Origin: Omnitrophica WOR_2 bacterium GWF2_43_52
GTDB taxonomy: Bacteria > Omnitrophota > Gorgyraeia > Gygaellales > UBA12090
Assembly: GCA_001805445.1 (NCBI GenBank)
Contig: MHGF01000003.1
Location: 120,429 to 184,428 of the forward strand
DNA length: 64,000 nucleotides
Reading direction: 5' to 3'
The position numbers and the translations under genes are program-made. Positions within the stretch are counted from its first letter, which is position 1; each line of letters starts with the position of its first letter. This document shows positions 19,196 to 29,115 of this stretch, piece by piece. The notes below the pieces were generated by a model. The model was not told where the DNA came from. It searched no databases and worked only from the letters and a program-made list of their open reading frames with translations.

Positions 19196-19230
19196 CTTCC
19201 CCTCCCTTGATGGGAGGGGTTAGGGGAGGG
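19196..19230. repeat. Family F G/C-rich hairpin plus G-quadruplex motif: CCCCTCCC-TTGAT-GGGAGGGG TTA GGGGAGGG. A second copy lies at about 50440-50475.
   Basis: Read from the sequence. Four G-tracts of at least 3 separated by 1-3 nt (GGGAGGGGTTAGGGGAGGG). The copy at 50.4 kb reads GGGGAGAGGGTTAGGGTGAGGGG. Confidence 0.6.
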
Positions 19231-19325
19231 AAATGCCCGACTAATATCACCCCCACCTATCCTCCCCCATTAAGGGGGAGGAAATTCAATAACTTATGTT
19301 ACATTGTACTAGAATTAAATATCTA

Positions 19326-19354
19326 TTGACAATACTGACAAAATAAGTTATACT
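19326..19354 (+). promoter_or_regulatory. Sigma-70-like promoter TTGACA-17-TATACT upstream of the guaB-like/guaA operon
   Basis: ATCTATTGACAATACTGACAAAATAAGTTATACTCATAC; the ATG lies 58 nt downstream. Confidence 0.5.
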
Positions 19355-19411
19355 CATACACCAACAAAAAATACTATAACTTCTTGAAGAATAACAAGAT
19401 AGCGAGGAACA

Positions 19412-20572
19412 ATGGCAGAATGGATCGGAATCGGTAAACGAGCAAGGCGCTGTTACGGGTTTGACGAAGTCGCGCTCGTGCCCAGCATGCAGACCTGCAA
19501 TCCTAATGAGGTAGATGCTGCGTTTAGTGTCGGCACCATGAAATTCAAGGTTCCCATACTTGCGGCGGCAATGGACGGCGTCGTCGATGTTGGATTTGCG
19601 GTTGCGATGAGTAAATTAGGAGGGCTGGCGGTCCTCAATCTCGACGGAATACAAACACGCTACGATAATCCTGATGAAGTCTTGGAAAAAATCGCTAAGG
19701 CTTCTAACGAAAAGGCTACAGAACTGGTACAAAGCGTATACACCAAGCCGATAAAAGAAAGCCTTATTACCAAGCGTATCCATGAGATTAAAAGTAAAAA
19801 AGGCATTGCCTGCGTCAGCTGTATTCCTGCCAATGCCTACAGGTTCGGAAAGATTGCCCAGGATGCAGGATGCGATATCTTTGTTGTCCAGTCAACAGTC
19901 ACCACCATCCGCCATATTTCAAGCGAATACAAGGCCTTAGACCTGCATAAATTCTGCAAGTCCATGAAAATCCCCATAATTATAGGAAACTGTGTTACCT
20001 ACGCGGTCACTATAGAATTGCTCGCAACCGGTGCCAGCGGCTTATTGATCGGTATAGGCCCCGGAGCTGCCTGCACCACACGGGGCGTCTTAGGTATCGG
20101 AGTACCCCAGGTTACCGCGACCGTAGACGCGGCTGCCGCGCGTGACTACTACTTTAAGCGCACGGGGAATTATATACCCATTATTACTGACGGAGGCATG
20201 CGTATCGGCGGTGAAATCTGCAAGGCCTTCGCTGCCGGGGCAGATGCCGTCATGGTTGGTTCATCCTTTGCCCGAAGCATTGAAGCCCCTGGAAGGGGAT
20301 ACCACTGGGGCATGGCTACCTCGCATGTGAATTTGCCCCGCGGCACACGAGTGAAAGTAGGAGTCAGCGGAAGCCTTAAGGAAATACTCTACGGGCCGGC
20401 AAAGGTAGATGACGGCTCGCAGAATCTTATGGGAGCATTGACAACCTGCATGGGCTCACTGGGAGCCACAAACATCAAAGAGATGCATGATGTTGAAATG
20501 ATTATTGCCCCTAGCATCCAAACAGAGGGAAAAATATTTCAGGTTGTCCAAGGGGTAGGTATGGGTAAATAA
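19412..20572 (+). CDS. IMP dehydrogenase/GMP reductase-family protein without a CBS pair (GuaB3-like)
   Basis: TIM-barrel IMPDH motifs including the catalytic-Cys loop GIGPGAACTTRGVLGIGVPQ. Only 386 aa with no CBS insertion. Precedes guaA. Confidence 0.8.
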   Translation: MAEWIGIGKRARRCYGFDEVALVPSMQTCNPNEVDAAFSVGTMKFKVPILAAAMDGVVDVGFAVAMSKLGGLAVLNLDGIQTRYDNPDEVLEKIAKASNEKATELVQSVYTKPIKESLITKRIHEIKSKKGIACVSCIPANAYRFGKIAQDAGCDIFVVQSTVTTIRHISSEYKALDLHKFCKSMKIPIIIGNCVTYAVTIELLATGASGLLIGIGPGAACTTRGVLGIGVPQVTATVDAAAARDYYFKRTGNYIPIITDGGMRIGGEICKAFAAGADAVMVGSSFARSIEAPGRGYHWGMATSHVNLPRGTRVKVGVSGSLKEILYGPAKVDDGSQNLMGALTTCMGSLGATNIKEMHDVEMIIAPSIQTEGKIFQVVQGVGMGK

Positions 20573-20578
20573 AAAACT

Positions 20579-22195
20579 ATGGCAAAATTTCCTTTACTTC
20601 CGAAGAAGCACCGAACAAAAAAATTCATTCCCCTCAAACAGTCGCGCCAGCAAACAAAAAAAGAGACTATCTTAATCCTTGATTTCGGCTCGCAATATAC
20701 CCAGCTCATTGCCAGGCGAGTACGGGAAAATCGTGTCTACAGCCAGATTGTCCCTTTCAACATTTCTTCCGCCAGCATAAAAGAGCTTGCGCCTAAAGGT
20801 TTGATTCTTAGCGGAGGCCCCGCGTCGGTGTACGCGAAACAGAGCCCGCTGCCTGATAAAGATATTTTAAAGTTAGGCATCCCGATTCTAGGAATTTGCT
20901 ATGGCATGCAGGCAATAGCCCAACTTGCCGGCGGAAAGGTGAAATTTACCTCGGAACGCGAATTCGGCAAGGCAGAATTATTTATTGATGACAACACCGA
21001 TTTATTTTACCGCCTTCCCGGAAATATCACCAGCTGGATGAGCCACGCCGACCACATTGTCAAAGCTCCCCGCGGTTTTCAGACTATTTCCCACACCCTT
21101 ACTACGGCGCACGCGGCAATTTCTGATAAGAAAAAAAAGATCTACGGCGTGCAGTTCCACCCCGAAGTAGCGCATACGCCGCGCGGAAACGACATTATCG
21201 CCAATTTTCTCTTTAGAATCAGCGGCTGTTCCGGCCGCTGGAACATCAAATCCTTTATAACCGAAGCAATCAATACCATAAAACAGTCCGCTGGCAAAAG
21301 TAAAGTAGTCTGTGGCTTAAGCGGAGGCGTCGATTCATCAGTAGCCGCGCTCCTCATCCATAAGGCAATAGGCAATAATTTACGCTGCATTTTTATCGAT
21401 AACGGCCTTTTACGTAAAGATGAAGCTCTCCAGGTAAAAAAAGTGTTTAAAGACACTTTCCATTTGAATTTAACCCATATCGAAGCGGAAGGCAGGTTCC
21501 TCAAACGCCTTGCTCATGTCAGCGACCCCGAAGAAAAACGTAAAATTATCGGCGATGAGTTCGTCAAGATATTTGAGGAACAAGCGCATAAAATTAAAGG
21601 CGTAGAATTCCTGGCGCAAGGAACACTCTACCCTGATGTTATTGAGTCAATTCCCGCGTTCGGAGGGCCATCGGCAAAAATAAAAACCCACCATAACGTG
21701 GGCGGGCTTCCCCTGAATATGAAGCTCAAGCTTATAGAACCGCTTCGCGAACTTTTCAAAGACGAGGTAAGAAAAATAGGCAAAGAATTAGGGATTCCAG
21801 AAGCAGTACTCTACCGGCAGCCGTTTCCGGGGCCAGGACTGGCTATTAGAATCATAGGAGAGGTGACCCAAGAACGCCTGGATATATTACGCGAGGTAGA
21901 CAAACGGGTTATTGAGGAAATCAAAAAAACCGAATTTTACGAGCAAGTATGGCAGTCGTTCGCGGTACTTTTACCCGTTAAATCTGTCGGTGTGATGGGA
22001 GATACGAGAACGTATGAAAATGTCGTCGCTATCCGCTGTGTAACCTCAGTTGACGGAATGACAGCGGACTGGGCGAAACTTCCGCACTCGCTTTTAGAAG
22101 CACTCTCAAACCGTATTATCAACGAAGTAAAAGGAGTAAACCGCGTCGTTTACGATATCTCTTCCAAACCACCCGCAACGATAGAGTGGGAATAA
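20579..22195 (+). CDS. guaA: GMP synthase (glutamine-hydrolysing)
   Basis: GATase-1 domain followed by the ATP-PPase SGGVDSSV motif. Confidence 0.95.
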   Translation: MAKFPLLPKKHRTKKFIPLKQSRQQTKKETILILDFGSQYTQLIARRVRENRVYSQIVPFNISSASIKELAPKGLILSGGPASVYAKQSPLPDKDILKLGIPILGICYGMQAIAQLAGGKVKFTSEREFGKAELFIDDNTDLFYRLPGNITSWMSHADHIVKAPRGFQTISHTLTTAHAAISDKKKKIYGVQFHPEVAHTPRGNDIIANFLFRISGCSGRWNIKSFITEAINTIKQSAGKSKVVCGLSGGVDSSVAALLIHKAIGNNLRCIFIDNGLLRKDEALQVKKVFKDTFHLNLTHIEAEGRFLKRLAHVSDPEEKRKIIGDEFVKIFEEQAHKIKGVEFLAQGTLYPDVIESIPAFGGPSAKIKTHHNVGGLPLNMKLKLIEPLRELFKDEVRKIGKELGIPEAVLYRQPFPGPGLAIRIIGEVTQERLDILREVDKRVIEEIKKTEFYEQVWQSFAVLLPVKSVGVMGDTRTYENVVAIRCVTSVDGMTADWAKLPHSLLEALSNRIINEVKGVNRVVYDISSKPPATIEWE

Positions 22196-22295
22196 AGTAA
22201 GTAAAACAGAAGGGTCAATAGCTGATGGTCAATTGTACTTTTTTTCGATAGACTATCGACCATAGACTATTGACCTTTTATAATTTTTCATAGAA

Positions 22296-25200
22296 ATGCC
22301 GCACTCCGATTTTGTCCACCTGCATCTCCACAGCCAATACAGCCTCCTTGACGGCGCCTGCTTACTTAAGAAACTCCTACAATTAGCCAGCCACCATAAA
22401 ATGCCTGCTTTGGCACTTACCGACCACGGCAATATGTTCGGGGCTATTGAGTTCTACCTTGAGGCCCAGCGCTCAGGAGTAAAACCAATCATTGGATGCG
22501 AAACCTATATCGCTCCCAAAAGCCGCTTTGATAAGTCATCGACGGGAATAAAAGAATCTAACCATCATTTCATCCTTCTGTGTAAAGACGAAGAAGGCTA
22601 TCATAACCTCATGAAGCTCGTTTCCATAGGGTATCTGGAAGGATTTTATTACCGTCCCCGTATAGATAAGGAAATCCTGGCAGAACACGCTAAAGGCCTC
22701 ATCGGTTTAACGGCCTGCCTCAAAGGCGAAATCCCTACGCTTTTAAGAAACAATCAGTATACCAGCGCCTTACGATGCGCCGATGATTTTCTGCAGATCT
22801 TTGGCAAAGGTAATTTCTATATAGAAGTGCAGCACAACGGCTTGGAAGAACAAACACTCTGCAATCAAAGCCTCATGAAACTTGCCAGAGAGTTATCATT
22901 GCCGCTGGTTGCTACTAATGATGTGCATTATTTGACCAGGCAAGCCGCTAAGGCGCACGAAGCCTTGTTATGTATACAAACCCAGGCCACGCTTTCTGAT
23001 CCTGGACACATGCGCTTTCATTCCGAGGAATTCTATTTCAAAAACGCGGATGAAATGAAAGCGCTCTTTAAAGAGCTCCCAGAAGCAATTACCAACACTA
23101 TAGCCATTACCGAAAAATGTAATCTTGAATTGAATTTTAAACAGCTGCACTTACCCCTGTACGAAGCTCCTGTGGGAAAGACAAAGGACGAATTCTTACG
23201 CGGCTTATGCGAAAAAGGGCTTACAAAACGTTTCCCTGAAGAAACCAACGATATACGGGAGCGCCTTGAATATGAGCTAGAAACCATCAAAAAAATAGGG
23301 TTTACCAGTTATTTTCTCATTGTCTGGGATTTTATCCACTACGCCAAGAGTAAAGGCATTCCTGTCGGGCCGGGAAGAGGTTCCGCGGCAGGAAGCCTGG
23401 TAAGCTATCTTTTAGAAATCACCGATATTAACCCCCTCAAATATGGCCTGCTTTTCGAGCGTTTCTTAAACCCTGAGCGAATAGGAATGCCTGATATCGA
23501 CATAGACTTTTGTTATGAACGAAGGCAGGAGGTCATTGATTATGTTACTAAAAAATACGGCCAAAAGAACGTTGCCCAGATTATTACCTTTGGAACAATG
23601 CTGGCACGGGCGGTTATCCGCGACGTAGGAAGAGTTATGGGAATGAGTTATGCCGATGTTGATAAAATTGCCAAGCTAATACCGGTAGAATTAAACATTA
23701 CCTTAGATGACGCGCTGCATCAAGAGCCTGAATTAGAACATTTATATAAAAGCGACGCCTCCGTAACACAGCTTATAGACACCGCGAAATCCCTTGAGGG
23801 GCTCACCCGCCATGCCTCAACCCATGCCGCGGGAGTCGTCATTTCTGATAAACCCTTAGACTATTATGTACCGCTGTTTAAAGCAGGGGATGAACAAACT
23901 ATCACCACGGGATATGCGATGGAATCGCTTGAAAAGATAGGCCTTCTTAAAATGGATTTTCTTGGCCTACGCACCTTAACCGTAATCCAAAGGGCCCTGG
24001 AAATCATCAAAGAAAGAAGGCAGTACTCGCTCAATATCGAGACAATCGCCCTTAGCGATAAAAAAACCTTTGACCTTTTAAGCTCAGCGCAAACCTTAGG
24101 GGTGTTTCAGCTTGAATCTAACGGCATGCGTGATCTGCTCAAAAAAGTAAACCCGTCCCAGTTTGAAGATTTAATCGCTATCCTGGCACTCTACCGGCCA
24201 GGGCCAATGGGCTCAGGGATGCTTGATGATTTTATTCAGCGCCGGAACGGGAAAACCGCTATCCGCTATGAATCAAAAAAGCTTGAGCCAATACTCGCTC
24301 CAACCTACGGGATTATGGTCTACCAAGAGCAGGTAATGCAAATTGCCTCGGTATTAGCAGGCTTCTCGCTTGCCCAGGCAGACATCCTGCGCAAGGCTAT
24401 GGCAAAAAAGATTCCCGAAGTCCTTGAAACACAGCGGCAGCATTTTGTAGAAGGAGCAAAGAAAAATGGGCTGCGTGAGCAATCCGCGAACAAGATTTTT
24501 GACCAGATAGAGTATTTCTCAGGTTATGGGTTCAACAAATCGCATTCGGCGGCCTACGCGCTTATTTCCTACCGCACCGCCTACCTTAAGGCTAATTATC
24601 CTGTTGAATTCATGGCAGCCCTGCTTACCTCAGAAAAAGACAACACCGATAAAATCGTGGAATATGTGGGGGAATGCCAGCGCATAGGAATTGAAATTTT
24701 ACCATCTGATGTTAATGAATCCCGGGATATTTTTACCGTGATTGATGATAAGAACATTCGTTTTGGGCTTATCGCGGTAAAAAACGTCGGCCAGGGAGCA
24801 ATTGAGTCGATCCTTAAGATCAGAGATGAAAAAGGGAAATTTAAATCATTATCTGATTTTTGCGAAAATCTCGACCTGCGCCTTGTCAACCGTAAAGTCA
24901 TGGAATCACTGATTAAAGCCGGGGCAATGGATTCCTTCGGCTTATTCAGGGCACAGCTGATGATGGATTTAGAGCACACCCTTGAAACATCATCCAAGTC
25001 TCAGAAAGAAAAAGCAACGGGGCAATTATCATTTTTTGACGCAGGCCAAACAAACGGTTTTAAGAAACAACTGACGCAGACCCCTCAAGTAAGAGAGTGG
25101 TCTGAGCCCCAGCTCTTGGCTTTTGAAAAAGAGATGCTCGGCTTTTATGTCACCGGGCATCCCCTGTCACGTTTTGCCAATCAGCTTAAGCGCTTTTCCT

Positions 25201-25733
25201 GCTGTTCTATAGCTCATCTGGGAACCACTAAAGATAACGACCTCATTAAAATCGCGGGGCTTATCATAAAAATCAAATATACCGTTACCCGTAAATCAGG
25301 TGAGAAAATGGCTATTTTGAAGCTTGAGGACCTTGGCGGCGCCGTTGAAATCCTGGTTTTTCCTGAGTCTTATAAACAAAACAGCCGTTTTATACAGCCA
25401 AACAGCATAGTCTTAATTACCGGCCGTTTAAATCTGAAAGAGGAAGCCCCGAAAATCATAGCGAGTACCATTATTCCTCTCGAAGAAGCGTATAAACAAA
25501 TCCTGAAAATAGACATAAACATTGCCGGTTTAAGGGAAAATCTTTTACTGAGCCTAAAAACCATGCTCACCCAATACTCAGGGAAGACCCCGGTCTACCT
25601 CCATATGGATACTGCCAATCGCGCGCGCTACCATATTCTTGTTTCCGAGGAACTGCACGTCCAGCCCAATCAAGGATTGATCCAGGAAATGGAATCACTT
25701 TTAGGTGAAGAAAGATTTTCCTTGACCCTCTAA
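22296..25733 (+). CDS. dnaE: DNA polymerase III alpha subunit
   Basis: PHP domain (HLHLHSQYSLLDGA), polymerase core, and OB domain. 1145 aa. Confidence 0.95.
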   Translation: MPHSDFVHLHLHSQYSLLDGACLLKKLLQLASHHKMPALALTDHGNMFGAIEFYLEAQRSGVKPIIGCETYIAPKSRFDKSSTGIKESNHHFILLCKDEEGYHNLMKLVSIGYLEGFYYRPRIDKEILAEHAKGLIGLTACLKGEIPTLLRNNQYTSALRCADDFLQIFGKGNFYIEVQHNGLEEQTLCNQSLMKLARELSLPLVATNDVHYLTRQAAKAHEALLCIQTQATLSDPGHMRFHSEEFYFKNADEMKALFKELPEAITNTIAITEKCNLELNFKQLHLPLYEAPVGKTKDEFLRGLCEKGLTKRFPEETNDIRERLEYELETIKKIGFTSYFLIVWDFIHYAKSKGIPVGPGRGSAAGSLVSYLLEITDINPLKYGLLFERFLNPERIGMPDIDIDFCYERRQEVIDYVTKKYGQKNVAQIITFGTMLARAVIRDVGRVMGMSYADVDKIAKLIPVELNITLDDALHQEPELEHLYKSDASVTQLIDTAKSLEGLTRHASTHAAGVVISDKPLDYYVPLFKAGDEQTITTGYAMESLEKIGLLKMDFLGLRTLTVIQRALEIIKERRQYSLNIETIALSDKKTFDLLSSAQTLGVFQLESNGMRDLLKKVNPSQFEDLIAILALYRPGPMGSGMLDDFIQRRNGKTAIRYESKKLEPILAPTYGIMVYQEQVMQIASVLAGFSLAQADILRKAMAKKIPEVLETQRQHFVEGAKKNGLREQSANKIFDQIEYFSGYGFNKSHSAAYALISYRTAYLKANYPVEFMAALLTSEKDNTDKIVEYVGECQRIGIEILPSDVNESRDIFTVIDDKNIRFGLIAVKNVGQGAIESILKIRDEKGKFKSLSDFCENLDLRLVNRKVMESLIKAGAMDSFGLFRAQLMMDLEHTLETSSKSQKEKATGQLSFFDAGQTNGFKKQLTQTPQVREWSEPQLLAFEKEMLGFYVTGHPLSRFANQLKRFSCCSIAHLGTTKDNDLIKIAGLIIKIKYTVTRKSGEKMAILKLEDLGGAVEILVFPESYKQNSRFIQPNSIVLITGRLNLKEEAPKIIASTIIPLEEAYKQILKIDINIAGLRENLLLSLKTMLTQYSGKTPVYLHMDTANRARYHILVSEELHVQPNQGLIQEMESLLGEERFSLTL

Positions 25734-25889
25734 CCTTTTTATGCTACGTTAGTTACGTAAAAATAATAACGGGTCAATAGCGAGTAGCCTATAGTCAATT
25801 GTCGATAGCCAATATCCGCTATACTATTAAGAATCAGGTTGACGGAGGACTATAGGCTCGTAAGCATAGATTACTTACAGGAGGGAGTT

Positions 25890-26162
25890 ATGACTAAAAA
25901 AGATATCGCTTTAAAGGTTACTGATGCGACAGGGATTAAGCAGATTATTGTCAAAAAAGTCCTGCAGGGAATTTTTGACTGTATTATTGAAAGCTTAATC
26001 CGAGATGAAAAGATTGAACTGCGTAATTTCGGCGTCTTTAAACTAAAAACCCGCCGCCCCCGTATCGGAAGAAATCCCCGAACAGGCCAAACAGTACCTG
26101 TACCCGCGCGTAAAGTAGTTATTTTCAAACCCGGCCTAGAGATGAAACAACGCATTAAATAA
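25890..26162 (+). CDS. hup: HU/IHF-family nucleoid-associated DNA-binding protein
   Basis: MTKKDIA...FGVFKLKTRRPRIGRNPRTGQTVPVPARKVVIFKPG (beta-arm). Start moved to Met-18 of the track ORF, which sits behind a GGAGGG RBS. Confidence 0.85.
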   Translation: MTKKDIALKVTDATGIKQIIVKKVLQGIFDCIIESLIRDEKIELRNFGVFKLKTRRPRIGRNPRTGQTVPVPARKVVIFKPGLEMKQRIK

Positions 26163-26217
26163 ATTTCCTCTCACACGCTTCATTTTGGCAGCATGTGCCA
26201 ACACTCCAGCGCATACA

Positions 26218-27486
26218 ATGAAGGAAAATATCGAAACGTTTAAAGCACCTACGGGAACAAAGGATATCTTACCTGCTGAGGCGGCAGTCTGGCTGTCTGT
26301 TGAGGAAAAATGCAGGGATATCTTTGACCTCTATGGATATAAACCCATACGAACCCCAATTTTAGAGCATAGCGGCCTTTTTAACCGCTCCTTGGGTGAA
26401 GAAACCGAAATAGTCAAAAAACAGATGTTTCTCATCCCTCGCCAAACAGAAATCTTCTGCTTGCGTCCTGAGGCTACAGCAGCGGTAGTCAGGGCATATT
26501 TAGAGAATAACCTGGATAAAACCGATGGTTTTATGAAACTCTACTACATGGGGCCCATGTTTCGCGCGGAACGCCCACAAAAGGGGCGGCTTCGCCAGTT
26601 TCATCATATCGGTATTGAGGCCATAGGCTCATCAAACCCATACGTAGATTCAGAAATTATCGCTCTTGCTCGCGGAATTCTGGAAGAACTGAAAATTAGC
26701 GGCTATCAGATAAAAATAAACAGCTTGGGCTGCCCCGAGGATAAGCAAACGCTCAATAGGCTCTTACGCGAAAAACTCAAAGATAAGCTAGAAAAGCTTT
26801 GTGAAGACTGTAATGACCGCTTTAACCGAAATGTCTTTAGGATTTTAGACTGTAAGAACGATGGCTGTAAACAAGTTGTCAGCGAACTTGATTTACAGTA
26901 TAATGAGTATTTATGCCAACCGTGCTTACAACACTTTACCATAGTAAAAAATAACCTTGACGCGCTCAAGGTTGACTATCATTCCAGCACTAGCTTAGTA
27001 AGAGGCCTTGATTATTATACCAAGACAGTTTTTGAAATCTCTCATCCTGGGCTGGGGGCCCAAGACGCTTTAGGAGCAGGAGGCAGATACGATACGCTGA
27101 TTACTAACTTAGGAGGCCCTCATCTGGGGGCAATGGGTTTCGCGTTCGGCCTGGAGCGGCTTCTCTTAGCCGCGCCTCAAGAATCAGGCGTTTTTGCCGA
27201 AAACCTGAGTGTCTTTGTTATTACCTTAGGCGAACAAGCCCAAAAGAAAGGGTTTCTCCTGCTTCAGGAATTACGCCAAGCGCGTATTTCCTGCGATATG
27301 GATTATGAAGATAAATCCTTAAAGGCCCAGATGCGAAAGGCTCATGATTCAAAGGCGCGTTTTGCCGCCATACTCGGAGAAAATGAGCTGGCAAAACAGG
27401 TAATTGCCTTAAAAGATATGCGCGCAGGCAGTCAACACGAAATAGCGTTTACCACTATTGTTAACGAAATCAAAGAAAGGTTATAA
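26218..27486 (+). CDS. hisS: Histidyl-tRNA synthetase
   Basis: Class II motifs plus a HisRS anticodon-binding domain. The track TTG start was replaced by the ATG (MKENIETFKAPTGTKD). Confidence 0.9.
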   Translation: MKENIETFKAPTGTKDILPAEAAVWLSVEEKCRDIFDLYGYKPIRTPILEHSGLFNRSLGEETEIVKKQMFLIPRQTEIFCLRPEATAAVVRAYLENNLDKTDGFMKLYYMGPMFRAERPQKGRLRQFHHIGIEAIGSSNPYVDSEIIALARGILEELKISGYQIKINSLGCPEDKQTLNRLLREKLKDKLEKLCEDCNDRFNRNVFRILDCKNDGCKQVVSELDLQYNEYLCQPCLQHFTIVKNNLDALKVDYHSSTSLVRGLDYYTKTVFEISHPGLGAQDALGAGGRYDTLITNLGGPHLGAMGFAFGLERLLLAAPQESGVFAENLSVFVITLGEQAQKKGFLLLQELRQARISCDMDYEDKSLKAQMRKAHDSKARFAAILGENELAKQVIALKDMRAGSQHEIAFTTIVNEIKERL

Positions 27487-27488
27487 CT

Positions 27489-28889
27489 ATGCTACGCACA
27501 CACACCTGCGGTGAATTGACCATAAGCGACGCGGGAAAAGAAATCATCCTCTGCGGATGGGTTGAAGCACGCCGTGACCACGGAAAATTGATTTTTATTG
27601 ATATTAGAGACCGGCAGGGAATTACCCAGGTGGTCTTTATTCCCAAAGAAGCACCCCTTGCCTATGAAGTCGCGGCCAATTTAAGAAGCGAATTTGTGAT
27701 TGTGCTTAAGGGTACCGTTAATCCCCGCCCGAAAGGGACCATTAACCCTAAAATACCAAGCGGTGAAATAGAAATTCTGGCACGCGAAATCGAAATACTG
27801 AATCCTTCAAATACCCTGCCGTTTGAAATCAATGGCAGCATAGACGTAGGAGAAGAAATACGCCTGAAATACCGTTATCTTGACTTACGCCGGCCGAAAA
27901 TGCTTAACACTATCGTTTTAAGGCACAAGCTCTATCAAAGCATACGGCGTTTTCTCGATAGCCAGGGCTTTCTTGAAGTAGAAACTCCGATTCTTACTAA
28001 ATCAACTCCTGAAGGAGCCCGGGATTTTCTCGTGCCATCGCGCTTAAGCCCTCATGAGTTTTACGCCCTTCCGCAGTCACCCCAATTATTCAAGCAAATC
28101 CTCATGGTATCAGGAATTGAAAAGTATTTCCAAATAGCCAAATGTTTCCGTGACGAAGACTTACGGGCTGACCGCCAGCCGGAATTCACCCAGTTAGATA
28201 TGGAGATGTCTTTTGTCAACGAAGAAGATATTTTCAAGCTCACTGAGAGTCTTTTCTCTACGATCTTAAAAGAGCTCAAAGGCATCGAGTTAACGATTCC
28301 TTTTAAACGCATGGCCTACAAAGAGGCAATGGAACGCTATAACAACGATAAACCTAACCTGCGTACAGAGCAGGAGGAATTCGCCTTTGTCTGGATTATA
28401 GATTTTCCCCTCTTTAAATACAATAACGAGGAAAAGCGCTGGGAATCGGAACATCATCCTTTTACCGCGCCTCATCAAGAGGATAGCGCCGCTCTGGAAA
28501 CACCAGAACTGACCAAAATACGTTCTCGCTCATACGATTTAGTGCTTAATGGCAATGAAATTGCTTCGGGGTCAATAAGAATTCATGATCAAAACCTACA
28601 GGGCAAAATTTTTAAGATTCTTGGCCTCTCGGAAGAAGAAACAAAGGCAAAATTCGGGTTTCTCCTTGAGGCATTTACTTTCGGGGCGCCTCCCCACGGA
28701 GGCATTGCCTTCGGGCTAGATAGGCTCCTGGCAATTCTTACCGGATGCAGTTCCATCCGCGAGGTTATTGCCTTTCCGAAAACCCAGAAGGGCCTTTGCC
28801 CTATGACCCAGGCCCCTAGCCAAGTGACAGAGAAACAACTCAATGAAGTAAACTTAACGCATAAAAAGACAGCAATAAAATCACCGTAA
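27489..28889 (+). CDS. aspS: Aspartyl-tRNA synthetase, compact form lacking the bacterial GAD insertion domain
   Basis: N-terminal OB fold and FQIAKCFRDEDLRADRQPEFTQLD (motif 2). Only 466 aa, with about 70 aa between motif 2 and the FVWIIDFP region. Confidence 0.9.
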   Translation: MLRTHTCGELTISDAGKEIILCGWVEARRDHGKLIFIDIRDRQGITQVVFIPKEAPLAYEVAANLRSEFVIVLKGTVNPRPKGTINPKIPSGEIEILAREIEILNPSNTLPFEINGSIDVGEEIRLKYRYLDLRRPKMLNTIVLRHKLYQSIRRFLDSQGFLEVETPILTKSTPEGARDFLVPSRLSPHEFYALPQSPQLFKQILMVSGIEKYFQIAKCFRDEDLRADRQPEFTQLDMEMSFVNEEDIFKLTESLFSTILKELKGIELTIPFKRMAYKEAMERYNNDKPNLRTEQEEFAFVWIIDFPLFKYNNEEKRWESEHHPFTAPHQEDSAALETPELTKIRSRSYDLVLNGNEIASGSIRIHDQNLQGKIFKILGLSEEETKAKFGFLLEAFTFGAPPHGGIAFGLDRLLAILTGCSSIREVIAFPKTQKGLCPMTQAPSQVTEKQLNEVNLTHKKTAIKSP

Positions 28890-28950
28890 TATACTACCGG
28901 AGAAATACCATTTATAACCGTACTATATGTCTGACACAAGCCAGCCATAA

Positions 28951-29089
28951 CTTAAAAAAGGTAATAGTTCAGCGTTTGGAAGTATTCGTGTCACTGCGAG
29001 GAGCGACAGCGACGAAGCAGTCTTTTTATAAGATTGCTTCTCCGCCTTCGGCGGATCGCAATGATACCGACGGGCACTTCTAAAGGCTG
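28951..29089. mobile_element. MITE-like element copy 1 (about 139 bp) with 13-bp terminal inverted repeats GTAATAGTTCAGC / GCTGAACTGTTAC
   Basis: Read from the sequence. The internal core TTTATAAGATTGCTTCTCCGCCTTCGGCGG is shared with copy 2 in reverse complement. Lies in the aspS-LysM intergenic region. Confidence 0.7.
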
Positions 29090-29115
29090 AACTGTTACAT
29101 AAAAAGGGAGGAAGC

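Noticed and set aside
18990-19330. Purine/guanine riboswitch upstream of the guaB-like/guaA operon
   Set aside because: The hairpin-rich spacer lacks the conserved three-way-junction loop sequences of the purine riboswitch. It also lies upstream of the TTGACA-17-TATACT promoter rather than in the transcribed leader. It was interpreted as dispersed repeats (families B-like and F).
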